Positions 52,876 to 63,400 of a stretch of DNA of 64,000 nt are shown piece by piece. Both the position numbers and the translations under genes were made by a program. How positions within the stretch are numbered: position 1 is the stretch's first letter; the number at the start of each line of letters is the position of its first letter. Origin of the DNA: Alphaproteobacteria bacterium (GTDB taxonomy: Bacteria > Pseudomonadota > Alphaproteobacteria > UBA828); assembly GCA_965214705.1 (NCBI GenBank), contig CBDCCI010000002.1, forward strand, positions 2,944,001 through 3,008,000, in the 5' to 3' direction. The notes beneath the pieces are model-generated. The model made no database searches, had not been told where the DNA came from, and saw nothing but the letters and a program-made list of their open reading frames with translations.

Positions 52876-54319
52876 AACCCGCCATACCCGGCTGTCCGCG
52901 CGCGCCGTTGCCACGGCGAAGCCGCGCGCGAAGGAATACACCCTGTGGGACGGGTCGCTCGCGCATTTCGGGGTCAGGGTGCAGCCCTCGGGCGTCAGGT
53001 CCTTCATCGTCCAGACCCGCGCCCAGGGCCGCATGCGAAAGATCACTCTCGGACGCTACCCCGAGATGGGCATCGAGAAGGCCCGGAGGGAGGCCGCGGC
53101 CGTCCTCGTCCGGCTGTGGGGCGGCGAGGACGTGGCACCTCCGCGCAAGACGAAGGCGCCGCTCTTCCGCGACTTCGCCGCCCGCTACCGCGAGCGGCGC
53201 AGGCACCGCTGGAAACCAGCCTCGCTCAAGACCTTCGACGGCTACATGAGGAACCGGCTGATGCCCACCTTCGGCCGGATGCGGCTCGACGCCATCGACC
53301 ATGCCCGCGTCTCGGCGTGGTTCGACGCGGCGAGTGTGGACAAGCCCGGCGCGGCCAACCGCGCCTTCGAGGCGCTCCGCGCCATGCTCGCTGCGGCTCG
53401 CCAGTGGGGCGAACTCGGAGAGCACACCCCCGACGCCTGCGCCAACATCGTCAAGAACCCGCGCAGGCCCGTGGCGCGCTTTCTCGACCGCGACGAGCTC
53501 GAACGCCTCGGCAAGGTTCTGGACAGGCACAAGGCCGAGCACCCCTGGCAGGTGGCGGTGATCCGGCTACTGACGCTGACCGGAGCGCGGCTCTCCGAAG
53601 TCCTCAATCTCAAGTGGGACGAGATCGGAGAGCTCGGCGAGGCCGGAGCGAGCGCCCGGCTCGAAGACACCAAGACCGGGCCGCGCACCGTCTGGCTCGG
53701 ACCGGAGGCGGCAGCACTTCTCGAAGCGCTGCCCCGGCGCGAGGGCAGGGAGCGGGTATTTCCCGAGGATCTCACGTCGCAGCGCCTCTACACGTTCTGG
53801 TGCGGCATCCGGGAGGAAGCCGGGCTGTCCGGCCTTCGCATTCACGACTGCCGCCACACGTGGGCCTCGCAGGGCGTGATGAACGGCGTCGGCCTGACCA
53901 CGGTGGGCCGGATGCTCGGACACCGCAATCGCGAGACCACGGCGATCTACGCCCATCTGGACGACGTGGCCCTGCGGGATGCCGCGGCGCAGGCCGCGTC
54001 CGTCATCGCCCGGGCGATGAACTACAGGGCCGAGCCTCCGCCGTTGCCGGAGGAGGAGGAGGAGGCCGAGAAGGACGCTCCAACGAAGCCCTCGGAGTCC
54101 ATGAGGTCCAGTGGGTCGGATTCGCCGGACTGGTTGGGAACGCCCCTCAGGCTGGGGACCGGGAACAGGAGCGCGGAAACGACGCAACCGGAGCCCGGTC
54201 GCGTGGACTGGCCCTCATCGCCGATGATGGATATGGACGACCGCCCCGCCGACTCCGATTCAGACGATGCCAACGAGGACGACCATGAACGCCGCCGGCG
54301 CGATCTGCTTTGGATTTGA
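52865..54319 (+). CDS. Integrase (DUF4102 arm-binding domain + tyrosine recombinase)
   Basis: LWD....FGVRV.PSG..SF..TLGRYP, TGARLSE, RIHDCRHTWAS, LGH, T.IYAH. Confidence 0.9.
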   Translation: MTSKTRHTRLSARAVATAKPRAKEYTLWDGSLAHFGVRVQPSGVRSFIVQTRAQGRMRKITLGRYPEMGIEKARREAAAVLVRLWGGEDVAPPRKTKAPLFRDFAARYRERRRHRWKPASLKTFDGYMRNRLMPTFGRMRLDAIDHARVSAWFDAASVDKPGAANRAFEALRAMLAAARQWGELGEHTPDACANIVKNPRRPVARFLDRDELERLGKVLDRHKAEHPWQVAVIRLLTLTGARLSEVLNLKWDEIGELGEAGASARLEDTKTGPRTVWLGPEAAALLEALPRREGRERVFPEDLTSQRLYTFWCGIREEAGLSGLRIHDCRHTWASQGVMNGVGLTTVGRMLGHRNRETTAIYAHLDDVALRDAAAQAASVIARAMNYRAEPPPLPEEEEEAEKDAPTKPSESMRSSGSDSPDWLGTPLRLGTGNRSAETTQPEPGRVDWPSSPMMDMDDRPADSDSDDANEDDHERRRRDLLWI

Positions 54320-54387
54320 CCAAACCCTGACGGTTCGCTTGGCGCCGACTCGCCTTGTCCACGTGCTTCCCTAAGGTGCATTGGTGC

Positions 54388-54413
54388 ATGGGCCCATGGG
54401 CCCATGGGCCCAT
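54388..54413. repeat. Palindromic 8-bp tandem repeat (ATGGGCCC x3)
   Basis: ATGGGCCCATGGGCCCATGGGCCCAT is its own reverse complement. Confidence 0.8.
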
Positions 54414-55138
54414 AAACGCTATCCCTGGCATGACTTCGCGGATCGCTTGGCTCAGATACTTACCCGTCTCGGAGTTCAGGACTCACGGAGTGGGTGCTTA
54501 GGCTGAGTCCCTGTCTCCTTCGAGTAAGACGGCCTGGACGATCTGGCGGCCTTTCCGGCGCAATCGTCTCGCTTGAACGCCCATCCGTTCTCCGCGCGTC
54601 GTGATGAGGCGGTGGCGAATGCACGAGGTGATGGGAGTCCGGTCTAGGCGTGGAGTATTGCGTTCAGGCGCACGTCGCCAGCCAACACGATGCCGAAGAT
54701 GGTCTCGCCGGCGAAATTGGGCCCACAGCGACGCGCGCTGTTTCCCTCGCTCAAGCCGACCGTTCGGATCCAAATTGGTGGAGCGCCGATTTCGCGCCGC
54801 CCTCTGCTCGATCGCGCCCGGCACCAGTGAGAGAGGAGCCTAGCCATCAGCAGGCTGGCGGTGGGCACCCCGGAGGGGAGGTATCTCCGCCGTTCCTCAC
54901 CGACAGTACGACGGAAAATGAACCATGAATACATCGATGGCGATGTCCGACAACGCTGTGTCCGCCCTTCTCGCGAAATTCCTCAGAAGGGTCAAGGCGG
55001 TGTCAAGCCGCTACCGTGGAACGTGTCTACCGAGTGGGTGGCGCGGACGATTCAGTTCGCGACGGTATCATTATGCGAATTTGTGAACCAATGTGGAACA
55101 CCATGGTCCATGCCTCAGAAATCTGCTAAGGACGACCA

Positions 55139-56035
55139 ATGAGCAAACTGCCTCACCCTATCCCGTACCAAGGCAGCAAGCGCAAGCTCGCTCCCGTCAT
55201 CGCTAGGTACCTGCCGGCAAGTATTGCGAACTTCTACGAACCCTTTGCCGGGTCCGCCGCCATGACAATCTATGCCGCGTACCATAGACGAGCGGATGGC
55301 TTTGTTGTAGCAGATAGCCTAGAGCCGATGGTTACTCTCTTACGTTCAATTGTGGACGAACCTGAGCGTACCTCTGACCAATACCGTCGAGTCTGGGAGG
55401 GACAGAAAGAGGGTAAGAACGGCTTCTTCAACGAGATTCGCGATCGCTACAATGCCGAGGGAGACTCGGTAGACTTACTGTACCTCATCTGTCGCTGTGT
55501 CAAGAATTCAGTTCGTTTCAACAGCGGCGGACGGTTTACGCAATCAGTGGACAAACGCCGTCTCGGGATGCATCCAGACAAGATGAGAGTGGCAATACTC
55601 GGCGTCTCGTCGATTCTTCGCGGTAAGGTCGAATTTCGCCATGGCGATTGGCTGGAAACATCAGCAGATGCTAGTCCAGAAGACTTCGTGTACATGGATC
55701 CGCCGTACCTCGGCACATCAACTGGCCGCGACAAACGTTACCATCAGCAAATCATGCAAGAAGAGCTGGTTGCCGGTCTTGAGAACTTAAGGCGGCGGAA
55801 CGTGCCCTTCGCGCTATCCTACGATGGGATGACCGGAGGACGGGAATATGGTCCACCACTGCCCAACGAACTTGGGCTTATTCGCCTATTGCTCCACGCT
55901 GGAACGTCCTCTCAGTCTACGTTGACAGGACGCAACGAGGAAACTGTGGAAAGTTTATACGTTACCCCGGGCCTTGCGGAGCCGGTAAACGATGTGATCC
56001 GCATGGAGGCCGAGCAAGTCAGTCTAGCCCTCTGA
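55139..56035 (+). CDS. N6-adenine DNA methyltransferase (Dam/D12 class) of a type II R-M system
   Basis: PIPYQGSKR, FYEPFAGS, VRFN..G.F, FVYMDPPY. Confidence 0.92.
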   Translation: MSKLPHPIPYQGSKRKLAPVIARYLPASIANFYEPFAGSAAMTIYAAYHRRADGFVVADSLEPMVTLLRSIVDEPERTSDQYRRVWEGQKEGKNGFFNEIRDRYNAEGDSVDLLYLICRCVKNSVRFNSGGRFTQSVDKRRLGMHPDKMRVAILGVSSILRGKVEFRHGDWLETSADASPEDFVYMDPPYLGTSTGRDKRYHQQIMQEELVAGLENLRRRNVPFALSYDGMTGGREYGPPLPNELGLIRLLLHAGTSSQSTLTGRNEETVESLYVTPGLAEPVNDVIRMEAEQVSLAL

Positions 56036-56743
56036 CAGCCTCTTAAGCAGCGCCGCCACGGTGGTGTTCTCCCGTTCCGCTCGCGCTTTGAGCCTTTCAA
56101 ACGCATCGACTTCAGAGCCACGCCACTCAATATAGATCCGTCGAATTTGCTCTCCCGCGACGTGAGAGTATTTCTCCGGGAAGGCCCAAAAGCACGAGCG
56201 GCAAACCTCGGTATCGTGTTCTCTTTTCCAGTTGCTGCATTGTTCGCATGACCAAGACTTCGCTCGCTGACTTGATCCGTCGAGAAGCATGTACTCATCA
56301 AGATTCGCTTCGTCATGGACTTCTTCACCCGCGACCTCATAGGGCACACGATGATCAATTTGAAGATATCGTGCGTCCACCCGCTCACCCGTGATCGCAT
56401 CCCGTGAGCCATACCGCGCGATGAGTGCGTCGCGGAATGGCTTAGAAAACGCCTTGCGTCCTCCTATTCGTCCACGCCTAATCTTAGCGGGGTCACCGAA
56501 TCGGTACGCCGCAATCTGTCGACCTGTCCGTTCGCTCGTGATCTTGAAAGTCTCAAGGGGCACGCCACTCTCGCGTACATCTCGTGCGGCGCGAGGAGGA
56601 TGATCGTATCCGTAACGCGTTTGAAGCTCCTCCGTGGTGATATGGCCATGCTGCAAGATATGGTCGATTACAGTGCGTGGGCGCTTAGCTGTTACCTTGC
56701 CGCACAGCGCAAGAATGCGAGGATCAACTTCCTGATTAGACAT
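56024..56743 (-). CDS. HNH-type restriction endonuclease, SphI-like
   Basis: GY.HPPRAARD, LQIDHRVP..AG, RAKSWSCE.C.NW, CRSCFWA.PE.Y.HV match my recollection of R.SphI; convergent on the methylase. Confidence 0.75.
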   Translation of the reverse strand: MSNQEVDPRILALCGKVTAKRPRTVIDHILQHGHITTEELQTRYGYDHPPRAARDVRESGVPLETFKITSERTGRQIAAYRFGDPAKIRRGRIGGRKAFSKPFRDALIARYGSRDAITGERVDARYLQIDHRVPYEVAGEEVHDEANLDEYMLLDGSSQRAKSWSCEQCSNWKREHDTEVCRSCFWAFPEKYSHVAGEQIRRIYIEWRGSEVDAFERLKARAERENTTVAALLKRLSEG

Positions 56744-57511
56744 TTTCAACGATGACACACAACTTGGCTACAATCTCGCAATGCTACTGGGCCACTCGGA
56801 ACGACACTTTGCAATCATAGTGTCTAGCATCCTTATGATCCGCTCATGCAATTCTCGACTTTGCTGTAAGTCCCCTGCCTGTAACACTAGTCACGCGTCC
56901 CTTTCAACAATGGCATTTCCAGTAAGGCGTTCCTGTTGCCCATCTGCCATATTTCGGTTTTGGTCGTGCTTTGTCTGTGATCGATCACGCTGGCTTCCTA
57001 TACGTCGTGTTGAAAAATCTGAAGATAAATTTAGCTGTAGGTCCGGCACCGAGAATAATCTCAATCCCATTCTGCAGCAAAGAGGTCCAAATCCGCAATA
57101 GAAACTTGGCCGGATTCTAGCATGTTGTGGATCGCCATAGTGCTCATCCGCTCCATTCGCCAACGCAGGTAGAACATCACAATTTGCTTCGCCGCAGGAT
57201 TGAGGTTGGACAAGTGTCTCAAGAAGAAAGGGACGTGCCCGTGGGCAGTGCCAAACTCGCTAGCAATTATTGGCGTCAGTAACTTCAACATAGTCAGCCT
57301 TGATTCTTGCAGACGATTGCTGGCATCGAGCAGTAGAACGCACATTACAATGCTAGCCGCCAGCTTGATCTGTGTAAAGCCCTATGCGCAGGATCGATTC
57401 CCTAGAATATCCCCATGAGGAGTCATCTTGGACCTACCCTGCTCTGAGAGCGGTAGTCGCCGTAGCTTAGCAAGGATATCACAATGACGATAGCACAGTG
57501 CAACGGTAAGC

Positions 57512-59629
57512 CAGGGCCATCCCACGCTAGGTTTCGTTGACGATTTGAGCTTCCAATCGAGGTAGTTGCATTTTCCGCTGGCTTTTCGCCGCCGGTTCGA
57601 TTAGTCATGGCGGCATGGGCCACCGAGCGGATGGCAGACCCTTCTTCGAGAGCGCGCCGGACGGCTTCTCGCTTGCCGATGTCGTGGTCCGCCTCGCGGA
57701 GCCGAATGAACGCGTGCAGTGGGATGCAGCGGTCGAGCGGCACCATTACCTCGGCTTCAAGCGCTTCGCCGGACGCGGCCTGCGCTACATCGTCGAATGG
57801 TGCGGGTTGTGGATCGCGCTTGCCGGGTGGCAGGCCGGCGCCTTCAAGAGCAGGCACCGGGACCGCTGGATCGGGTGGTCGGCGGCGCAGCAGTTCCAGC
57901 GCCTGCATCTGATCGCGAACAACACCCGCTTCGTCATCCTCGGCGCGAAGCGCGTCTTTCCGTGTCTTGCCTCGTTCGCGATCGCCGCGATGCTGCGCCG
58001 CCTCGGCGACGACTGGCAGTCCTGTTATGGGCATCCGATTCTGATCGCGGAGACCTTCGTGAACCCGGCGCTCTTCGAGGGCACGATCTACGAGGCCGCC
58101 AACTGGCATTATCTCGGCGACACCAGGGGCTTTGCCCGCCACAACGGCCGCTACACCGACCCCCACGGCGAGCCCAAGCGGCTCTATGTCTATCCCCTGC
58201 GCCGCGATGCCCGCCGGCGGCTCAGCGCGCCCCGCCCGCTGCCCGCAAGCTGGGAGCCCAAGGGCCACGCCGGCAGGGCGCCGAGCGAACTGCGCTCGCT
58301 CTACCAGGAACTCGACGGGATCGAGGACTTCCGGCGCGGCCAGGGGCGCAAGCACAGCGTCGCAACCACGCTCGCGGTCTATATCCTCGCAAGGCTCGCC
58401 AACATGCGCGGTCCCGTCGCCGCCGCCGAGTATGCGAGCAAGCTGGCGCAGCGGGAACTGGAAGCGCTCGGCGCCTGGAAGAACCCGAAGACCGGCCTCT
58501 ACGTGCCGGTCTCGAAGTCGACCCTGCACCGGGTCATCGCCTCCCTCGACCCCGAGCAGATCGAGGCGGCGCTGCAACGCTTCTCGATGCCGAGACTTAA
58601 CCTTGGCCGTGCGATCGCGCTCGACGGCAAGCGCATTCGCGGCGCCAACCGCAACGGCGAGGGCCACCACGAGACCGCGACCCTGGTCGACCACGCAACC
58701 GGCGCGCCGCTCGCAAGCCTCGCCTTCAACGACTCAGGCGGCGAGATCGCGGCCGTGTGCGCGCTGCTCGACGAGGTTCCCGTCGAAGGCCGCGTGATCA
58801 CCATCGACGCGCTTCACACCACCCGCGACACCGCGCGCACCATCAAGGAAACCCACGGCGCCGACTATCTCATTGACGGTCAAGGAAAACGCGCCCGAGA
58901 CCTGCGAGACCCTCGCCTCCATCGACTGGGAGCGCGACGCGAGCGGACACTTCGAGGAAGATGTCGCCAAGGCCCATGGCCGCGTCGAGCAACGCCGCAT
59001 CGAGACCCTGACCCCGCTTCCAGGCCTGATCAACTATCCTCATGTCGCGCAGATCTTCCGTGTCACCCGCAAGCGCACCGACGCACGGCGCAACGGCACA
59101 GGCGAGACCAGCATCGAGCACGCCTACGGCATCACCTCGGTGCCGGCAGAGCGCGCCTCGCCAAAGGACCTTCTCGCCTGGAACCGCGGCCACTGGTCGG
59201 TCGAGGTCAACCACCACGTCAGGGACAAGCTCTTCGACGAGGACGCGTGCCTCGCGCGCACCGGCTTCGCGCCCGAGAACAACGCGCTCTGCACCAACAT
59301 CGCGATCGCGCTCATCATCCACAAGACCGACTTCGACAGCGTCGCCTCGGCAACCCGCCACTTCGCGCTCCAGCGCGAGGACGCCTTCGCCGCGATCCTT
59401 TCCCCCTGAGCGCCACCACGCCGTCCGATCCGGACGGCAGACAATGGCGGTGTGCAACCTCGTCACCGCTCAGCTGTCAGCACTGACGTTCATTGCGGCC
59501 AAGCCAACGTCTCGCCCGAACCGAGAGCCGTGAGCCTGCGAATCGGGCTATCGCGCGGGAGCCGCAACACCCGAAATCGCCCGAACGCGGCCCAGATCGT
59601 CCGCATTTGGGGAGCGTGGGATAGTCCTG
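57512..59629 (+). mobile_element. ISAs1-family element with a DUF4338-fused transposase
   Basis: Inverted repeats CAGGGCCATCCCACGCT / CAGGACTATCCCACGCT; 10-bp target duplication AACGGTAAGC at 57502-57511 and 59630-59639. Confidence 0.92.
57615..59409 (+). pseudogene. DUF4338 (DruA-like) + ISAs1 DDE transposase, frameshifted near 58871
   Basis: HHYLG, RDRWIGW, IANNTRF, ETFV, GT.Y.AANW; then IALDGK, TIDALHT, ADYL / TVKEN, HGRVE, HWSVE. Confidence 0.85.
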
Positions 59630-59859
59630 AACGGTAAGCAGCTGCGCCGCGCGACCGAGAGGGCAGCACGGCGAAATAGCGGGCGCTGATCGGCGTGGAA
59701 AGGCTTTGATTTCCGCTGATTCCGAGGGATCAAACGAGGAAGCCGAACAACAGCTCTGGTCACTAGCCGCCGGTGGCGGTCCCCCTCTTGCCCTTCGCGT
59801 CAGGAGTTGCCTTCGGAGCCGTCTCGCCCGCCCCTGACTCACGCCAGATGTCGATCGCG

Positions 59860-60040
59860 TTCCATGGTCGCTTGCGAACCTCGAAGCCGACAGCCTCTTC
59901 GTCAGCGTACTCAGATTGGCACAGCCATAGGTGCTCTGATCGAAGTTCGGCGCCGCGCCCAGAATGCGGCTGCCCACCGTGCCCAGATGCGCCCAGACGT
60001 CTTCGTCGTCATCCACCTTCGCCTTGGCGATGATCGGCAC
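59860..60040 (-). pseudogene. OST-HTH/LOTUS-domain remnant (C-terminus of a NYN-LOTUS protein)
   Basis: WAHLGTVGSRI....PNFD..TYG..NLSTL. Confidence 0.55.
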
Positions 60041-60098
60041 TGCCTTCTTCGTCTATTGCATCGGTGAACGCAGGAGGACCCCAAGACAGGGAGGAGAT

Positions 60099-60347
60099 GT
60101 GTTGAATCTCGACTTCAATCTCACCTTCCTGGTGCCGGGCGATGCGACGTCGCGCAATCTGGCGTTCTCGCATTGCGACGATGTTTGGGTGAGCTACGTT
60201 GAAGAGACGATCACGGAGACCAATCTCTTGGAGATCAGACGGCGACACCCGGAGCGCGTCCGCGTCCGGACCTTCCCGAAGCAGGTCCAGGCGACGAACG
60301 GTGTGGACTGGAAATGGCACGGGGCAAGGCGGAAGTCACGTTCGTGA
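60099..60347 (+). pseudogene. Truncated DUF6615-like protein
   Basis: EETITETNLLEI..RHP..V..F.K.....NGVDWKW resembles the DUF6615 N-terminus; GGAGGAG ribosome-binding site. Confidence 0.45.
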
Positions 60348-60445
60348 TCAGATCGCGGGTCCTCGAAAAGGCGTGATGGGACGCGGGATGCGCCCGAAAT
60401 ACATCGGGGACGGTTGACCGGCGGCGGTAGGGAGGAAGGACGTCT

Positions 60446-63400
60446 TTGAGCCGGAATTCGCTCAATCCGAATCGCGAGGCTGCCGCGGCGTTGATGGCGA
60501 GCGCGGCAACGGGTGAGTTGCGCGAGATCGGAAGCATGGCCGTGCGGCTTGCCAAGGTGGTGAGGCGTCTCGAGAAATTCAGCTTCCCCTTGGTGGCGGC
60601 ACCGCTGGCCGGCCTGTTGGCCCGGCGCGAGAATCACGTCGCGAACGCCCGGATCGAAGCGCTGATCCATCTGGCAGCGCTTGCTTGCCGAGGCGAAGGG
60701 GCGCCGGATCGGCGGCACCTGCGCGAGTGGCTGAACATCGCGATCTACGAGGACTCCATCACGAAGCTCGAGACCCCGGTCGAGGACGTGTTCGTCTCGA
60801 ATGTGGACGCGTGGTTCGGAAACGCCCGACTGTTCGAGGGTCGTTGGCAGAACAACGCAGCGTATGTGCGGGTCTGTGTGGAGACGCTGCTCAGAGTCCA
60901 AGAAAGACCCTGGGTATCGCAGACGCTGGGGCACGTCATGGCGTTGCTGCGGTTGAGCGAGGCGGTCGTCGAACGCGCGGGGATTGCGCGGAATTCCCGA
61001 ACAGCAGGCCGACCGGGAGAAAAGATTGCGCTCGGTGCGTCCTTGGTGAGTCGATCGACTGGGCATGTCGGTTTCCGTGACAACGAGCTGGCAGCGATCG
61101 GGGTCGCTCCCGACGCTCTCGGCCCGTTCCTCGTCCAGGGCGAGGATACGGACGTGCTGGTCTCACAATCGATGGGACATACGGTGCTGGAACGACGACC
61201 GCTGGTTCGATTCAGGGGCCACACGACGGTAGTGCTTCCCACCGCGATAGGCGCTGCGGTCAGGAGATTCGTGATCGAGCGGGCTTCGGCGGAAGGGGAT
61301 CTCCGGCTGTTTCAATCGACATGTCACCTGGCGCAGTTCACCGAGGTGGCCGTGCTGGGATGCGCGGCCTGGAAGATCAAATCTATCGACGTACTGGAAC
61401 CCGATCCCGACGACGGTATGCGGGAGTTCGTCGGAACGTTCGATGAGGGCGGCATTGTCCATCTGGTCTTTGTTCCCGATGATTTCCAAGCGATCGCCAA
61501 AGGGGGGTTGGCCGGAACTCACGCGCTGAAGGGCGCGATACGTGCGCGAATCGAGGATCGGTCGGTCGAGTTGGCCGGCAGGCGCGATTGCCGAAGAGGG
61601 CTTACGGTGCTGGTGCATGGCGGCATCGGCCGCGAGTTCTCTCCGGTGTGGGGGGAGCTTCCGCACGGCTGGCATCAGCTGTGCGTCTCCGCACCCGACT
61701 TTATGCTGCTGGGCAACGAGACCGATTTCACCGCGATGCGTGCCTGGAAGCTGCTTCAACAGGTCGATGATCTGGAGGCGCAGGGCACGGTCTTTCCAAA
61801 CCTGCGCGGGTTCATGAACCTGGCGGCCTTCGCCTACCACGTGGACTTCGAACTCGTGCCCGCGGAGATGAACCCAGGTCCGATCTACCTGCACAGCGAC
61901 TTTATCCTGCCGTTGCGCCACGCGGTGCGAACCGGTCTGGACCGGCACGCGGCGATGGCTCCTGATGGAAAGTCATGCGTTGGCGTCGAGCGTCCGACGA
62001 GCGATGGCCGGTTCGACGAAATCCGGGGTCGGGCGGTATTTGTCAGTCCCGCGCACATGGGCGGCGGGGAGGTTCTCGCCTGTGTCGAATCCGCGTTGCG
62101 GCCGTGGTGGGTGCAATGCGGCGAGGTTCCGGAACATCGGTGGCATCAGGGCATCGTATCGAACGTTCTGGAGATGGTTGTCGGTTGGCTGACCCGCCTG
62201 GTCCCGGCGTTCGAGGAGCGATGTCCCACGCTCCCGTCGGGCCCGGTCGCGTTCCGGATTCGCTTCTCGGACATCGGGACGTTCAGCCAGCTCAATGCCG
62301 AGGTGAGGCACACCCCGGTAGCCCCTGCCGTCGCTCTGGAGGACGGGGAAATCGCGATCGACTGCGTGGCGCACTACCTGCAGAGTTTCCTCAGCCTGGG
62401 CAATCTCGGCGATCGCTTGATGATCGCCTCGATGGTGCGAGGCGTGGATTCGTTGTGCGGCAAGGAGGCTGCGTCGGACGCGGCGTTGGAGGAATGGGTG
62501 TGTAGCCTGGTCGGGTCCGATAGTGCCCGTTTCCTCAAGATGACGCCCAGCCAGAGTCCGGAGGACGTGATCTATGACGTTGCCGCGCTTCCGGAGCCGC
62601 GCGTTCTGATGCCGGAAGACCGAGCATGGAGCCGCTTCGGCCTGGCGCGTCGGGCGGGATACGAGGGTAAACCGGGCACTATCCCGTCATCGTGGGCTGA
62701 AGCGCTTCTCCATGCGGCGGTCGATGCCGCGTGGGAGCGGGTGAGATCGCGGCTGATGGGTCTATCCCGGGAAAGCGTGATTGAACGGTCGCTCTTGAAC
62801 TACATCGCTTTGCGGAAGGAGCACAGGGACTGGTTGCGGGCGATGGCGGCGCGGCTCGCCGTCTATGAGGCTGGCCAGGTGATGGCCGCGTCGGACGAGC
62901 GTGTCGCGATGCGGGACCAGGCCGGTCTCGCTTGTCGGGTCATTGCTGAGATGGCGCTGTGCGAGTCGCCATATGGTGGAGGGTCAGTCTGCACGGGAAC
63001 GGACCTCGACTTTCTGATTGCGGAGGTCTCGACGCTCGTGGAATGCGCAAGCCAAAGTGATGCGTTACGCTACGGTTTGGCGACGCGGGCGCCGGTCATG
63101 TACCGGAATGGCTCGTTCGGATTCGATCCCGCGGCAGCCCAAGCGACGGGACCGCTAATGAGCGAGCACTGGCGGCGAACGTTTCGCGATGCAGCGCAAG
63201 AACAGGAAGGCGGTGGCGAGGGAGAAGTCGAGGACGGAGTGCCAGAGCCGGATTTCCCCTGCGCGTTTGTCGCCGAGTTCGGCCTGACGGTGGAACAGTA
63301 TGCGGCGTTCGTCCGGCAGGTGGCGTTGGAGGCGATGAAGCTGAACAACGCCTACTTGCGGCTGCCGAAAAGCGAAGTCATGCGGCGGCTGCGCGGCGCG

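Noticed and set aside
56760-57500. Lower-GC stretch upstream of the HNH gene, possibly a degraded gene
   Set aside because: Only short broken frames with no recognisable family
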